Positions 1-9,439 of a DNA stretch of 64,000 bases are shown here, piece after piece (within the stretch, counting starts at the first letter, position 1; each line of letters begins with the position of its first letter). The notes under the pieces are model-generated. The model was not told the origin of the DNA and ran no database searches. It saw only the letters and a program-made list of their open reading frames with translations. Both the position numbers and the translations under genes were made by a program. This DNA is from an uncultured Gammaproteobacteria bacterium (GTDB lineage: Bacteria > Patescibacteriota > Microgenomatia > CAYQLK01). The DNA lies in assembly GCA_964404855.1 (NCBI GenBank), contig CAYOLO010000002.1, positions 67,494 through 131,493 of the forward strand, in the 5' to 3' direction.

Positions 1-2394
1 GGTTTGATTCTGGACTAGTGACTCAATAGGGAATTTAAATACTCGCGTAATTGTTTCATGATCGATGTCGGATATTAACTTTTCAAATAATTTGTACGAC
101 TCAGCCTTATATTCGACGAGTGGATCTCTTTGAGCATATGCCCTCATTCCAACACCAGACCTAAGATCATCTAGTGTATCAATATGTTCCATCCACAGAG
201 TGTCAATAACACTTAATGAGACTACAAGTTCGGCTTGATCAACTGATTTTTGGGAATATTTTTTAACTCGTTCACTATTTATGTCACCAATTATTTTTAA
301 CAAAAATTCGACAATTTTATCAGCTAATTTTAGTTTGACTATTTCGTCCAAAATTACCTTTTGAGAATTGGGATCAAAAGAAATAATATTGAAAAAATCT
401 TGACCAAGTTGATGATAATCTGGAATCTCAGCTTGATTGATGTGAGTATCGACAAGAAGGTTTATATGATTTTCTATCTTTTGATTAAAGTCTGATTTGA
501 AATCATTTTCTGAATCAATGTTCCCCTGTTGAGCTTCAAGAATTTCTTTTCGTTTTTTGTAAATAATTTCTCTTTGAACGTTTATTACATCGTCGTATTC
601 AACGACCCGTTTACGATTATCGAAATGATGGCCTTCAACTTTTTTTTGAGCATTTTCGATTGCTCTACTTACCATTGCATTTTCGATTGGAGTATCCTCA
701 GGAAGTTTAAGCGCAGTCATAATTTTTGATATCGATTCTCCACCAAATAAGCGCATAATGTCATCCTCTAATGAAACATAAAAACGGGTTGACCCTGGAT
801 CACCCTGTCTACCTGCTCTTCCTCTTAGCTGATTGTCGATTCGACGTGACTCGTGTCTTTCTGTGCCAATAATATGTAAACCTCCAAGCTTGTCGACATT
901 TTTTTCAAGTTTAATATCTACTCCACGGCCAGCAATATTTGTCGCTAGTGTAACTGCACCCTTCTGACCAGCTAGGGAAATAATTTCAGCTTCTTTGGTA
1001 TGATTTTTGGCGTTAAGTACTTCATGTTTGATACCAGTTTTTTTTAAAACCTCTGATAATAATTCGTTTTTTTCGATTGAAGTGGTTCCAATTAATACTG
1101 GCTGTCCAGTTTTGTGAAGCTCTTTGACTTCGCTAGCTACAGCAAGAAACTTGGCTTTTGCGGTTTTATAAACAATATCAGAATAATCTTTTCGAATATT
1201 TGGCCTGTGCGGAGGAATAACAACTACATCGAGCTTGTAAATTTTGAAAAACTCTTCAGCTTCGGTTTCGGCTGTACCAGTCATGCCGGCTAGCTTGTGA
1301 TACATTCTAAAATAATTTTGAAATGTGATTGTTGCAAGCGTACGACTCTCCTCCTGAATTGTAACATTCTCTTTTGCTTCAATAGCTTGATGCAAACCCT
1401 CGGAGTAGCGCCTACCCTCCATCAATCTACCTGTAAACTCGTCTACGATTACAACTTCATTACCTCTGACCACATAATCTCTATCTTTGACGAACAGAGT
1501 TCTCGCGCTGATTGCTTGTTCAATATGGTGGATTGTTGAAAAATTTGTTTCGTATAGATTATTAACTCCAAGAATTTTTTCAACTTTTTGAATACCTGCT
1601 TCAGAGAGTGAAGCTGATTTGAGTTTTTCATCCACAACAAAGTCTACTTCGACGTTAAGACTATTTACCATTTTGGCGAACGTGTAATATTTGTCAGTTG
1701 CCTCTCCAGATGGGGCCGAAATGATTAGAGGCGTTCTTGCTTCATCGATAAGAATTGAGTCGACCTCGTCTACAATTGCGAAATTATGACCCCTTTGAAC
1801 CATATTTTTGAGGTCCCAAACCATATTGTCTCTTAGGTAGTCAAAACCAAATTCATTATTGGTTCCGTAAGTAATATCTGATTTATACATCTCTCTTCTA
1901 ATACTGGTTCCTGGTGGAATTTCGTGGACAATATACCCAACACTTAATCCCAGAGTTTCATATATTGGCTTCATCCACTCCGAGTCTCTTTTTGCTAAGT
2001 AATCATTAACTGTTACAACGTGAACTCCTTTTTCCTCCAAAGCATTTAAATATGCAGGCAATGTTGCGGAAAGTGTTTTACCTTCTCCGGTTTTTTGTTC
2101 AGAAATTTTTCCTTCATGGAGTACAATTCCAGATAATAACTGTACATCGTAGTGACGCATTCTAACTGCTCTTTCAGAAGCTTCTCGAACAGCCGCAAAG
2201 GCTTCGGGTAAAATTTCATTTAAACTTAAGCCGTTTTTCAGCTTTTTCTTAAACTCAACTGTTTTTGATTTTAATTTGGAATCAGAGTATTTTTTGTAAG
2301 TTTTTTCCAAATCGTTAATTTGGGAAATCAATGGCCTAATTTTTTTAAGCTCTTTTTCGTTTGAATTAAGTAGACCGCCTAGTTTTCCTAACAT
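1..2394 (-). CDS. secA: Preprotein translocase ATPase SecA (partial; C-terminus runs off window start)
   Basis: Not in ORF track because it has no in-window stop. Minus-strand translation from ATG at 2392-2394 gives MLGKLGGLLNSNEKELKKIRPLISQINDLEK...HYDVQLLSGIVLHEGKISEQKTGEGKTLSATLPAYLNA. Further in, HIIGTERHESRRIDNQLRGRAGRQGDPGSTRFY, a classic SecA motif. Confidence 0.85.
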   Translation of the reverse strand, partial: MLGKLGGLLNSNEKELKKIRPLISQINDLEKTYKKYSDSKLKSKTVEFKKKLKNGLSLNEILPEAFAAVREASERAVRMRHYDVQLLSGIVLHEGKISEQKTGEGKTLSATLPAYLNALEEKGVHVVTVNDYLAKRDSEWMKPIYETLGLSVGYIVHEIPPGTSIRREMYKSDITYGTNNEFGFDYLRDNMVWDLKNMVQRGHNFAIVDEVDSILIDEARTPLIISAPSGEATDKYYTFAKMVNSLNVEVDFVVDEKLKSASLSEAGIQKVEKILGVNNLYETNFSTIHHIEQAISARTLFVKDRDYVVRGNEVVIVDEFTGRLMEGRRYSEGLHQAIEAKENVTIQEESRTLATITFQNYFRMYHKLAGMTGTAETEAEEFFKIYKLDVVVIPPHRPNIRKDYSDIVYKTAKAKFLAVASEVKELHKTGQPVLIGTTSIEKNELLSEVLKKTGIKHEVLNAKNHTKEAEIISLAGQKGAVTLATNIAGRGVDIKLEKNVDKLGGLHIIGTERHESRRIDNQLRGRAGRQGDPGSTRFYVSLEDDIMRLFGGESISKIMTALKLPEDTPIENAMVSRAIENAQKKVEGHHFDNRKRVVEYDDVINVQREIIYKKRKEILEAQQGNIDSENDFKSDFNQKIENHINLLVDTHINQAEIPDYHQLGQDFFNIISFDPNSQKVILDEIVKLKLADKIVEFLLKIIGDINSERVKKYSQKSVDQAELVVSLSVIDTLWMEHIDTLDDLRSGVGMRAYAQRDPLVEYKAESYKLFEKLISDIDHETITRVFKFPIESLVQNQT

Positions 2395-2466
2395 AATGTC
2401 GTGATTTACTACGAGTGAATATTATAAATTACTAATGTAGAAAATAACAGTCGAGTCTTGCGAGTG

Positions 2467-3696
2467 CTACTCAATTGTTTTAAATCCTGTATATTTGTGC
2501 AGAACATCTGGAATTATTATTGAGCCAGATTCGGTTTGAAAATTTTCCAAAATTGCCGCAATAATTCTTCCGAAGGCGAAGGCTGTTCCGTTGACTGTAT
2601 GGACTAGTTCTTTCTCATTATTGTCGTTAATATATTTAATATTTAGCCGTCTGGATTGAAAATCAGTCGTATTGGATGTCGAATGAGTCTCTCTATATTT
2701 TGATTGTGACGGGAACCAAACCTCAATGTCATATTTTTTGGCGGCAGGGAGACCTAGATCACCTGAAGCAATATTAAGTATTTGATATGGCAGCTTAAGA
2801 CCTTCGACCAATGATTTTTCTAGCTCCAAAATTAAATTATGTTCAGCTTGCGACTGTTTGGGGGTACAAAAAACAAACATTTCTAATTTATTAAATTGAT
2901 GGACACGAATTATGCCTTTTGTGTCTTTACCATAGCTCCCCGACTCGCGACGAAATGAAGGTGAATAACCCATATACCTTAAAGGTAGCTGGTTTACTGT
3001 AAGTATTTCATCCCTATGCATTGGACCAATTGATTGTTCAGCTGTACCTACCAAATACAAATCATCTCTTTCTAGATAATAAGTTTCTTCATTACCACCA
3101 TGTTCTAGATATCCCATTCCTTTCATTGAAGAGGAACTAATTAACACTGGAGGTAAAACAAATACAAAATTTTTCTCCGAAATAAGCTCCCTTGCATAAT
3201 TAAGTAACGCTAGTTCCAACTCTGCACCTTTACCTATTAGATAATAAAATCTTGAACCGCTGACTTTGGCCGCTGATTCAATATCGATAATGTCGAGTGA
3301 TCTACCTAACTCTTCGTGACTTTTGGGAGTAAAATTAAATTTATAGGGTTCGAAATTTTTTCCAACTACCAAACTCTTATCTTCACCACCAATTGGCACT
3401 TCATCAAAAGCTGGATTTGGTATTTTTGAAATTAAATCTTGAAATTTATTTTCTACAACCTTTAATGTTTCTTCAAGTTTTTTTAAATCTACCTTTATTT
3501 TTTTACCTTCCTCTGATGGTTTTTTTGACTTGGAGATAATTTTTCTCTTTTGATTAAATTCTTCTATTGATTTGATAAGTGCATTTCTTTCCTGTTCAAG
3601 TTCAATTACATTTTTAACCAAAATATCAACACCCTTTTCAAGAATCTTTTTTTGAAACCAATCTGGATCGGATTTTAATTTTTTGATATCAATCAT
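2467..3696 (-). CDS. serS: Seryl-tRNA synthetase (class II)
   Basis: N-terminal coiled-coil arm; class II core motifs FRRESGSYGKDTKGIIRVHQFNKLEMF and TSNTTDFQSRRLNIKY; 409 aa. Confidence 0.9.
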   Translation of the reverse strand: MIDIKKLKSDPDWFQKKILEKGVDILVKNVIELEQERNALIKSIEEFNQKRKIISKSKKPSEEGKKIKVDLKKLEETLKVVENKFQDLISKIPNPAFDEVPIGGEDKSLVVGKNFEPYKFNFTPKSHEELGRSLDIIDIESAAKVSGSRFYYLIGKGAELELALLNYARELISEKNFVFVLPPVLISSSSMKGMGYLEHGGNEETYYLERDDLYLVGTAEQSIGPMHRDEILTVNQLPLRYMGYSPSFRRESGSYGKDTKGIIRVHQFNKLEMFVFCTPKQSQAEHNLILELEKSLVEGLKLPYQILNIASGDLGLPAAKKYDIEVWFPSQSKYRETHSTSNTTDFQSRRLNIKYINDNNEKELVHTVNGTAFAFGRIIAAILENFQTESGSIIIPDVLHKYTGFKTIE

Positions 3697-4295
3697 TTTT
3701 GATCTTTAATTTCCCCAATACCTTTAATTTTACCCGAAGTGATTAATGTTATTGCTTTTTGATGCCAAGGAAAACGAGTGATTTTTAAAATATCATGGGT
3801 TTTTTTCTCTAGCTCATGCTTAGCAGCTGGTACGCCTTGAATTTGGGCGATGGCGTCAATATGATCTGCTGCTTTGGCAAACCTGGCCTCTAAACTTTTT
3901 CTTTCTGAATACTCCTTGTATAAACTAAGAATCTCTTCTTTGTTAACTAAATCCTCAACGAGTATTTCCATTCCTTTATCCTCTATATCGCGAAATTTTC
4001 CTTTTTCTAAATATTTTACAAACGACCCAACATCTCCAACAATTGTTTCTGCTAAATCATGAAACAATGCCATTTTAAGAACTTTGTTTTCGTCAACTCT
4101 AGGTTTTTTGTTTTCCTTATTGTGAAGAATGGCTAGCTCGTAAGCAAGAATTGCTGTCGCAAAGGAGTGAGCAGCGACAGAATCTGCCTCATTTCTTTTG
4201 AACCCTAATGTGACAAATCCTTGTCTGGGTAGTTCCTTCGTCCACTGAATGCGTAAAAAAAATTTGATTAGACTTGTTAAATTATTCGTTTTCAT
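3693..4295 (-). CDS. HD-domain phosphohydrolase (YfbR-like 5'-deoxynucleotidase family)
   Basis: H..FATAIL...FHDLAETIVGD motif of HD superfamily; 200 aa; 4-nt overlap with serS. Confidence 0.65.
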   Translation of the reverse strand: MKTNNLTSLIKFFLRIQWTKELPRQGFVTLGFKRNEADSVAAHSFATAILAYELAILHNKENKKPRVDENKVLKMALFHDLAETIVGDVGSFVKYLEKGKFRDIEDKGMEILVEDLVNKEEILSLYKEYSERKSLEARFAKAADHIDAIAQIQGVPAAKHELEKKTHDILKITRFPWHQKAITLITSGKIKGIGEIKDQK

Positions 4296-5745
4296 TTTTC
4301 CCTTCTTTCATAAGCGGGAAAATTACGGTCTCCCGAATAGGCAAGCCCATAAGAACTGAAAATAGCCTTTCAGATACTCCAAACCCAGCCGCTGGTGGCA
4401 TTCCATATTCCATTGCCTCAATATATTCCTCATCAATCATTTGGGCCTCATTATCGCCGTTTTCTCTGAGTTTCATTTGATTTTCAAATCTTTCCCTTTG
4501 ATCAATTGGATCATTAAGCTCTCCAAATCCTTTACCTAACTCTGAACCAAAAGCTAATATTTGCATACGCTGAACTGTTTTGGGATTATCAAGGTTCTTT
4601 TTGGCCAAAGGTTCTATTTCGATTGGAGGGTTAATTAAAAAAGCAGGTTGCAGTGAGACTTCTGGGAGTATACGAATTTTCTTTTTAAAAATTAGATCAA
4701 TAATTCTTCCTCGGCCCGCTGATTTTTCGTAAGTGATTTTGTTTGATTTGGCATATCTAAATAACTCTTCATCACTGGCTGTGAGAAGATTGATGTCGGT
4801 GTGTTTCCTAAACAAATCTAGATATTCAAGTTTTGGCCAATTACCTGACCAGTCAACAACTTGCCCCTCTCTTTCAAACTTAAGCGTACCGAAGGTTTCT
4901 TGAATCACAAACTGATACATTTTTTGAGTAAAATCCATTAGTTTATTGAACTCTCCATAAGCCCAATAAAATTCCATTTGGGTGTAATCTTGAAGGTGCT
5001 CAGAATCTATTCCCTCATTCCTGAAAATCCTCCCTATCTCAAATACTTTTTCGTATCCCGCTACCAGCATTTTTTTAAGCGGCAGTTCTAATGAAATTCT
5101 CAGGTAAAAATCTCTATCTAAAGCATTGTGGTGAGTTACAAATGGCTCAGCTTCTGCGCCTCCAGGAATATTTTCCAAAATCGGCATCTCGACCTCGAGA
5201 AAATCTTCGTTAACTAAAAACTGTCGCATTGATGACCAGAACTTATTTTTTTTAATAAAAATATCTTTTACCTCTGGATTAATTAATATATCCAGATAAC
5301 GTTTTCTCAATCTTGTTTCAATATTGGCCAATCCATAGTACTCACTCGGAATCGGTAGTAAAGATTTAGCGAGAAGTTTGTAAGTTTTTATATCAACCGT
5401 GGTTTGACCAGCGTTTGTTACAAATACTTTGCCTGTAACTTCTAGGAAGTCTCCAATATCCAAAAGTGAAATTTTTTTAAAAACTGCTTTATCCAGTTCA
5501 TCGGATTTAAAAAGAATCTGAATTTGACCGCTAAAATCTACCAAATCGCCAAAGATAATTTTGCCATGGGATCTAAGGGAAAAAAGTCTGCCAACAATCG
5601 TTACTTCTTTTTCCAGAGACTCTAGAGCAGAACTAATTGTGTGGGACCTGTTTGAACTTGAAGGATAGACTTCAATATTTTGATCTTGAAGTTTTTTTAA
5701 TTTGTCGAGCCTGATTTTTCTTAGTTCTGATAATGGACTTGGCAT
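4282..5745 (-). CDS. lysS: Lysyl-tRNA synthetase, class II
   Basis: N-terminal OB-fold region; motif 2 FRNEGIDSEHLQDYTQMEFYWAY; motif 3 GFGVSERLFSVLMG; 487 aa. Confidence 0.9.
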   Translation of the reverse strand: MPSPLSELRKIRLDKLKKLQDQNIEVYPSSSNRSHTISSALESLEKEVTIVGRLFSLRSHGKIIFGDLVDFSGQIQILFKSDELDKAVFKKISLLDIGDFLEVTGKVFVTNAGQTTVDIKTYKLLAKSLLPIPSEYYGLANIETRLRKRYLDILINPEVKDIFIKKNKFWSSMRQFLVNEDFLEVEMPILENIPGGAEAEPFVTHHNALDRDFYLRISLELPLKKMLVAGYEKVFEIGRIFRNEGIDSEHLQDYTQMEFYWAYGEFNKLMDFTQKMYQFVIQETFGTLKFEREGQVVDWSGNWPKLEYLDLFRKHTDINLLTASDEELFRYAKSNKITYEKSAGRGRIIDLIFKKKIRILPEVSLQPAFLINPPIEIEPLAKKNLDNPKTVQRMQILAFGSELGKGFGELNDPIDQRERFENQMKLRENGDNEAQMIDEEYIEAMEYGMPPAAGFGVSERLFSVLMGLPIRETVIFPLMKEGKNENE

Positions 5746-5826
5746 CAGTTTATGAACACTAACTTGTATTTAGGAGAGTATATTCCAAGACAATCTTTCA
5801 ATCAAGGCGACTTACTATAACAAAAC

Positions 5827-6333
5827 TTATCTGGTCTCAATCGAAATTATTTTATATACAGGTTTTGAAGCAATCGGAGGACTAACTTCATCGCCAACTT
5901 TTGCACCCATTAGCGACTTTCCAACCGGAGAATCTTCTGAAAGTCTATTAGTTAAAGGGTCTGCCTCAGGTGTAGAAACAATCGTAAAGATTTGTTCTGA
6001 GTTGCCAAGTTTTACGGTCACGATTGAGCCAACTTTGACCTTATGATCGTTATCAATGTGTTCCGGAAGTACTTTCGCGTGTTTTAATGTTGCCTCGATA
6101 TCTGTAATTTTAGCTTCGAGAGCAGATAGCTCGTCTTGAGCTGCATCGTATTCAGAATTTTCAGACAAGTCTCCCATTTCACGAGCAGCCTGAATTCTTG
6201 AAGCAACTCTTACTCTCTCTGGACCAGTTAATTTTTTGTGTTCTTTTTGAAGGTTTTCCAAAAAGTCTTTTGTTAGCAGGATTTCTTTTGCTTTAGTCAT
6301 AATAAAAAAACCACTAGCTGTCGATTTCATCAA
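5827..6333 (-). CDS. greA: Transcription elongation factor GreA (true start probably the MTKAKE Met near 6300)
   Basis: KAKEILLTKDFLENLQKEHKKL...RIQAAREMGDLSENSEYDAAQDELSALEAKI coiled-coil plus C-terminal FKBP-like domain. Confidence 0.85.
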   Translation of the reverse strand: MMKSTASGFFIMTKAKEILLTKDFLENLQKEHKKLTGPERVRVASRIQAAREMGDLSENSEYDAAQDELSALEAKITDIEATLKHAKVLPEHIDNDHKVKVGSIVTVKLGNSEQIFTIVSTPEADPLTNRLSEDSPVGKSLMGAKVGDEVSPPIASKPVYKIISIETR

Positions 6334-6517
6334 TCTAGCTGTGGTATATCTTGTATTCGGAGCTTGATGATAATTGAAAAACTCTCATTTGTCAATGATT
6401 CGACGGCCAACAACTTGCGAACTGTCTAATTAATTATCGGAAATTGACATCATATTGGCCACAAACCATAGAATCGGATATAATCGTGCGGTTGGCAGGC
6501 AGAATATAGCTATTTAA

Positions 6518-6592
6518 GCCGCCTTGGTCTAGTTGGTCTAGGACACTCGGTTCTCATCCGAGAGATCAGGGGTTCGAATCCCCTAGGCGGTA
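6518..6592 (+). tRNA. tRNA-Glu (anticodon CTC)
   Basis: Cloverleaf GCCGCCT/AGGCGGT acceptor (G1-U72 wobble), 3-bp D-stem GTC/GAC typical of tRNA-Glu, anticodon stem CTCGG/CCGAG with loop TTCTCAT, T-arm AGGGGTTCGAATCCCCT. No encoded CCA. Confidence 0.85.
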
Positions 6593-6660
6593 CTAAACAC
6601 AAGTTTTCGTAGGATAAATCTTTGTTATAATGGTTTGATATCTATTTTCCCCACAAAAAA

Positions 6661-7203
6661 ATGAAAAAAATACTATTAATGCTTTCGATTCTTTTCCAAG
6701 GGGTAGGTGTAAACAGCTTTGTATTAGCTCAAGAATCTGAAATATACGAAATCGACTTGGACATAAATGTGGATGACATAGCACTTACTGTTGATGCTTT
6801 TGCGCCAATATCTTACCTACCAGGCTCCCCAATTTACTCACTGGTTTTGATAAAAGAAGATATGGAAGAAGTGTTTAAGCCGAATGAGTTGGAAAAAATA
6901 AAATGGAAAATAATTATTTCTAATAAACGTTTGAAGGAAGCTTATATTTTAATGAATAATAAGGAAAAAGATGCCTCAGCGGATAATATATTTGCTTACA
7001 TTTCGTCATTGGAAGATATTAAAAATTCTATTACCAAGTTGAAATCCCGCGATGATATGCCTGTCCCCACAATTTATATAGAAAATAACCTGACTACACA
7101 ACAAAAAATATTAACTTATTTTTATAATTCGGGAATGGAGATTGCTAGTTCAAATGCAATAAAAGCAAACATTGAACTCTTAAAGTTTGCTAAACAAATA
7201 TAG
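6661..7203 (+). CDS. Hypothetical secreted protein (N-terminal signal peptide)
   Basis: MKKILLMLSILFQGVGVNSFVLAQ signal-like N-terminus; no recognizable domain. Confidence 0.45.
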   Translation: MKKILLMLSILFQGVGVNSFVLAQESEIYEIDLDINVDDIALTVDAFAPISYLPGSPIYSLVLIKEDMEEVFKPNELEKIKWKIIISNKRLKEAYILMNNKEKDASADNIFAYISSLEDIKNSITKLKSRDDMPVPTIYIENNLTTQQKILTYFYNSGMEIASSNAIKANIELLKFAKQI

Positions 7204-7306
7204 AGAATTTGACTTATTCTTCCAAACTACAACAAAGTAACTACTTAATCGTTAAATAGATAACCAGCACAAAGCTAAATTTCTAGTTTTTTAAATCGAA
7301 TGGTAT

Positions 7307-9328
7307 TTAAAATGTTAGAAATGGGATTATTAGGATAGCAACAATATTAATAATCTTAATCATTGGGTTGATTGCAGGTCCGGCAGTGTCCTTATATGGG
7401 TCACCAACCGTGTCACCAGTAACGGCAGCCTTGTGTGCGTCAGAGCCTTTACCACCATAGTTTCCAGCTTCAATGTATTTTTTGGCATTATCCCAAGCTG
7501 CTCCACCAGAAGTCATTGATAGTGCTAGAAATAGTCCTGAAATTATTGAACCAATAAGTAGTCCACCAAGAGCTTCTACGCCTAGAATCAAACCAATAAT
7601 TATTGGCGCTGCTACAGGAATTAATGCAGGAAAAATCATTTCTTTTAGCGCTGTTTTTGTAACAATATCGACACACTTTGCATAGTCAGGCTTACCTGTG
7701 CCATCCATAATGCCTTTAATTTCAGCAAATTGTCTGCGAACTTCGACAACAACTGCACTTCCAGCCTTACCAACGGCTTCCATAGCAAATGCTGAAAATA
7801 TAAACGGTAGTGCTGCTCCTAAAAATAGTCCAATCATGACATTGGGATCTGATAGTAAGAATTGAACATCAATACCAAGCACTTTAAATTCTAAAGAGTA
7901 GCTTGCAAAAAGAACTAACGAAGCTAGTCCTGCTGAAGCAATAGCATAACCCTTTGTAACTGCTTTGGTTGTATTACCAACAGCATCGAGAGCATCGGTT
8001 ACCTTACGAACTTTTTCTGGTAGTGCAGACATTTCTGCAATACCTCCGGCGTTATCAGTAATCGGACCATATGCATCAATTGCAACAATAATCCCTGACA
8101 TTGAAAGCATAGAGATTGCAGCGATTGCAATTCCATAAAGTCCACCCAGATAAAAACTTCCGAATATTGCTAATACGATTAGCAATATTGGAGCAAAGGT
8201 TGATTTCATACCTAGAGCAAGTCCTGCAATAACATTGGTTCCGTGACCAGTTGTCGAGGCAAGCGCAACGCCTTTAACGGGAGAATATTTTGTAGAAGTG
8301 TAGAACTCAGTAATAACGACCATGCCAATGGTAACAACGATACCAATGAGTGAAGCAAGATAAAGATTAAGCGAAGAAATTAATCCATTGCTCTCCATTG
8401 TAAGCATTGTTACAGGGTAAAATAGAATTGCAGAAATCAATGCTGAACTAAAAAGCCCCAAATAAAGAGCGCCCATAATACTTTTATTTTTTGGCAACTT
8501 AACAAACAAAGTACCAACAATAGATCCAATAATAGAAACTGCACCAAGAAGGAGTGGGAAAATCACTGCATTCGTACCAGAAGTGAAGCTTAAGTGTCCG
8601 AGGAACATTGCTGCTACTGCTGTAACTACATAAGTTTCAAAAAGATCAGCCGCCATTCCAGCATCATCACCAACATTGTCTCCAACATTGTCGGCTATTA
8701 CAGCTGGATTTCTCGGGTCGTCCTCAGGAATTCCGGCTTCGACCTTACCAACTAGGTCTGCTCCAACATCAGCTCCTTTGGTAAATATTCCACCACCAAG
8801 ACGAGCGAAAACTGAAATCAAACTTCCTCCAAATGCCAAACCAACTAATGGTTTAACATCTTGAACTACAAGGTAAAATCCAGCAACCGAGATCATAGCT
8901 AAACCAACAACCATAAGTCCTGTTACAGTTCCACCTTTAAAAGATACATCTAGGGCTTTTGAAAGAGAGGTTCTGGCAGCTTGCGCTGTTCGAACATTTG
9001 CCCGAACACTTACTGACATACCAATAAAACCTGCGGAAGCTGATGCTAATGCACCAACCAGGAATCCGATTGAAGTTTCGATATCTAACAAGAATCCAAT
9101 TGCAACTGCGATAACTACAGCCAGTATTCCAATAATTGAATATTGTCTCGTCATAAAAGCATTAGCTCCAATTTGGATGGCTTTTGCAATTTCATTCATT
9201 TTTTCATTACCAGTTGGTAATGCAAGTATCCAGCGAATCAAATATATTCCATATCCGATTGCGGCAAGACCAGAGATAATAGCGATTGGTAGGGCAAAGT
9301 TGGCTGTTAGTTCTTTAATTAAATCCAT
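7307..9328 (-). CDS. hppA: Membrane-bound proton-translocating pyrophosphatase (V-type H+-PPase)
   Basis: 673 aa polytopic protein; DNVGDNVGD and GGxxxK/DTxGD-type motifs ([14 protein letters not shown]) diagnostic of H+-PPases. Confidence 0.9.
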   Translation of the reverse strand: MDLIKELTANFALPIAIISGLAAIGYGIYLIRWILALPTGNEKMNEIAKAIQIGANAFMTRQYSIIGILAVVIAVAIGFLLDIETSIGFLVGALASASAGFIGMSVSVRANVRTAQAARTSLSKALDVSFKGGTVTGLMVVGLAMISVAGFYLVVQDVKPLVGLAFGGSLISVFARLGGGIFTKGADVGADLVGKVEAGIPEDDPRNPAVIADNVGDNVGDDAGMAADLFETYVVTAVAAMFLGHLSFTSGTNAVIFPLLLGAVSIIGSIVGTLFVKLPKNKSIMGALYLGLFSSALISAILFYPVTMLTMESNGLISSLNLYLASLIGIVVTIGMVVITEFYTSTKYSPVKGVALASTTGHGTNVIAGLALGMKSTFAPILLIVLAIFGSFYLGGLYGIAIAAISMLSMSGIIVAIDAYGPITDNAGGIAEMSALPEKVRKVTDALDAVGNTTKAVTKGYAIASAGLASLVLFASYSLEFKVLGIDVQFLLSDPNVMIGLFLGAALPFIFSAFAMEAVGKAGSAVVVEVRRQFAEIKGIMDGTGKPDYAKCVDIVTKTALKEMIFPALIPVAAPIIIGLILGVEALGGLLIGSIISGLFLALSMTSGGAAWDNAKKYIEAGNYGGKGSDAHKAAVTGDTVGDPYKDTAGPAINPMIKIINIVAILIIPFLTF

Positions 9329-9439
9329 ATTATTTTATAAAAATTACAAATACGGCTTGACGCCATTTAAATCAAATATAAACAATAATCTAGATACTGT
9401 CAATTGGCCTATTCTGATAGGATTTTATTATTTTATAAA

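Noticed and set aside
529-1640. Small ORFs 529-729, 1297-1539 and 1449-1640
   Set aside because: They lie inside the partial secA gene, which is missing from the track because it has no in-window stop.
6440-6500. TTGACA ... TATAAT/TAGAAT promoter for tRNA-Glu
   Set aside because: The spacer between the candidate -35 and -10 hexamers is 19-29 nt, which is outside the usual range, so it is not reported as a feature.
7473-8864. Three short ORFs (7473-7685 +, 7488-7676 -, 8676-8864 +)
   Set aside because: They are embedded in or antisense to the well-supported H+-PPase gene.
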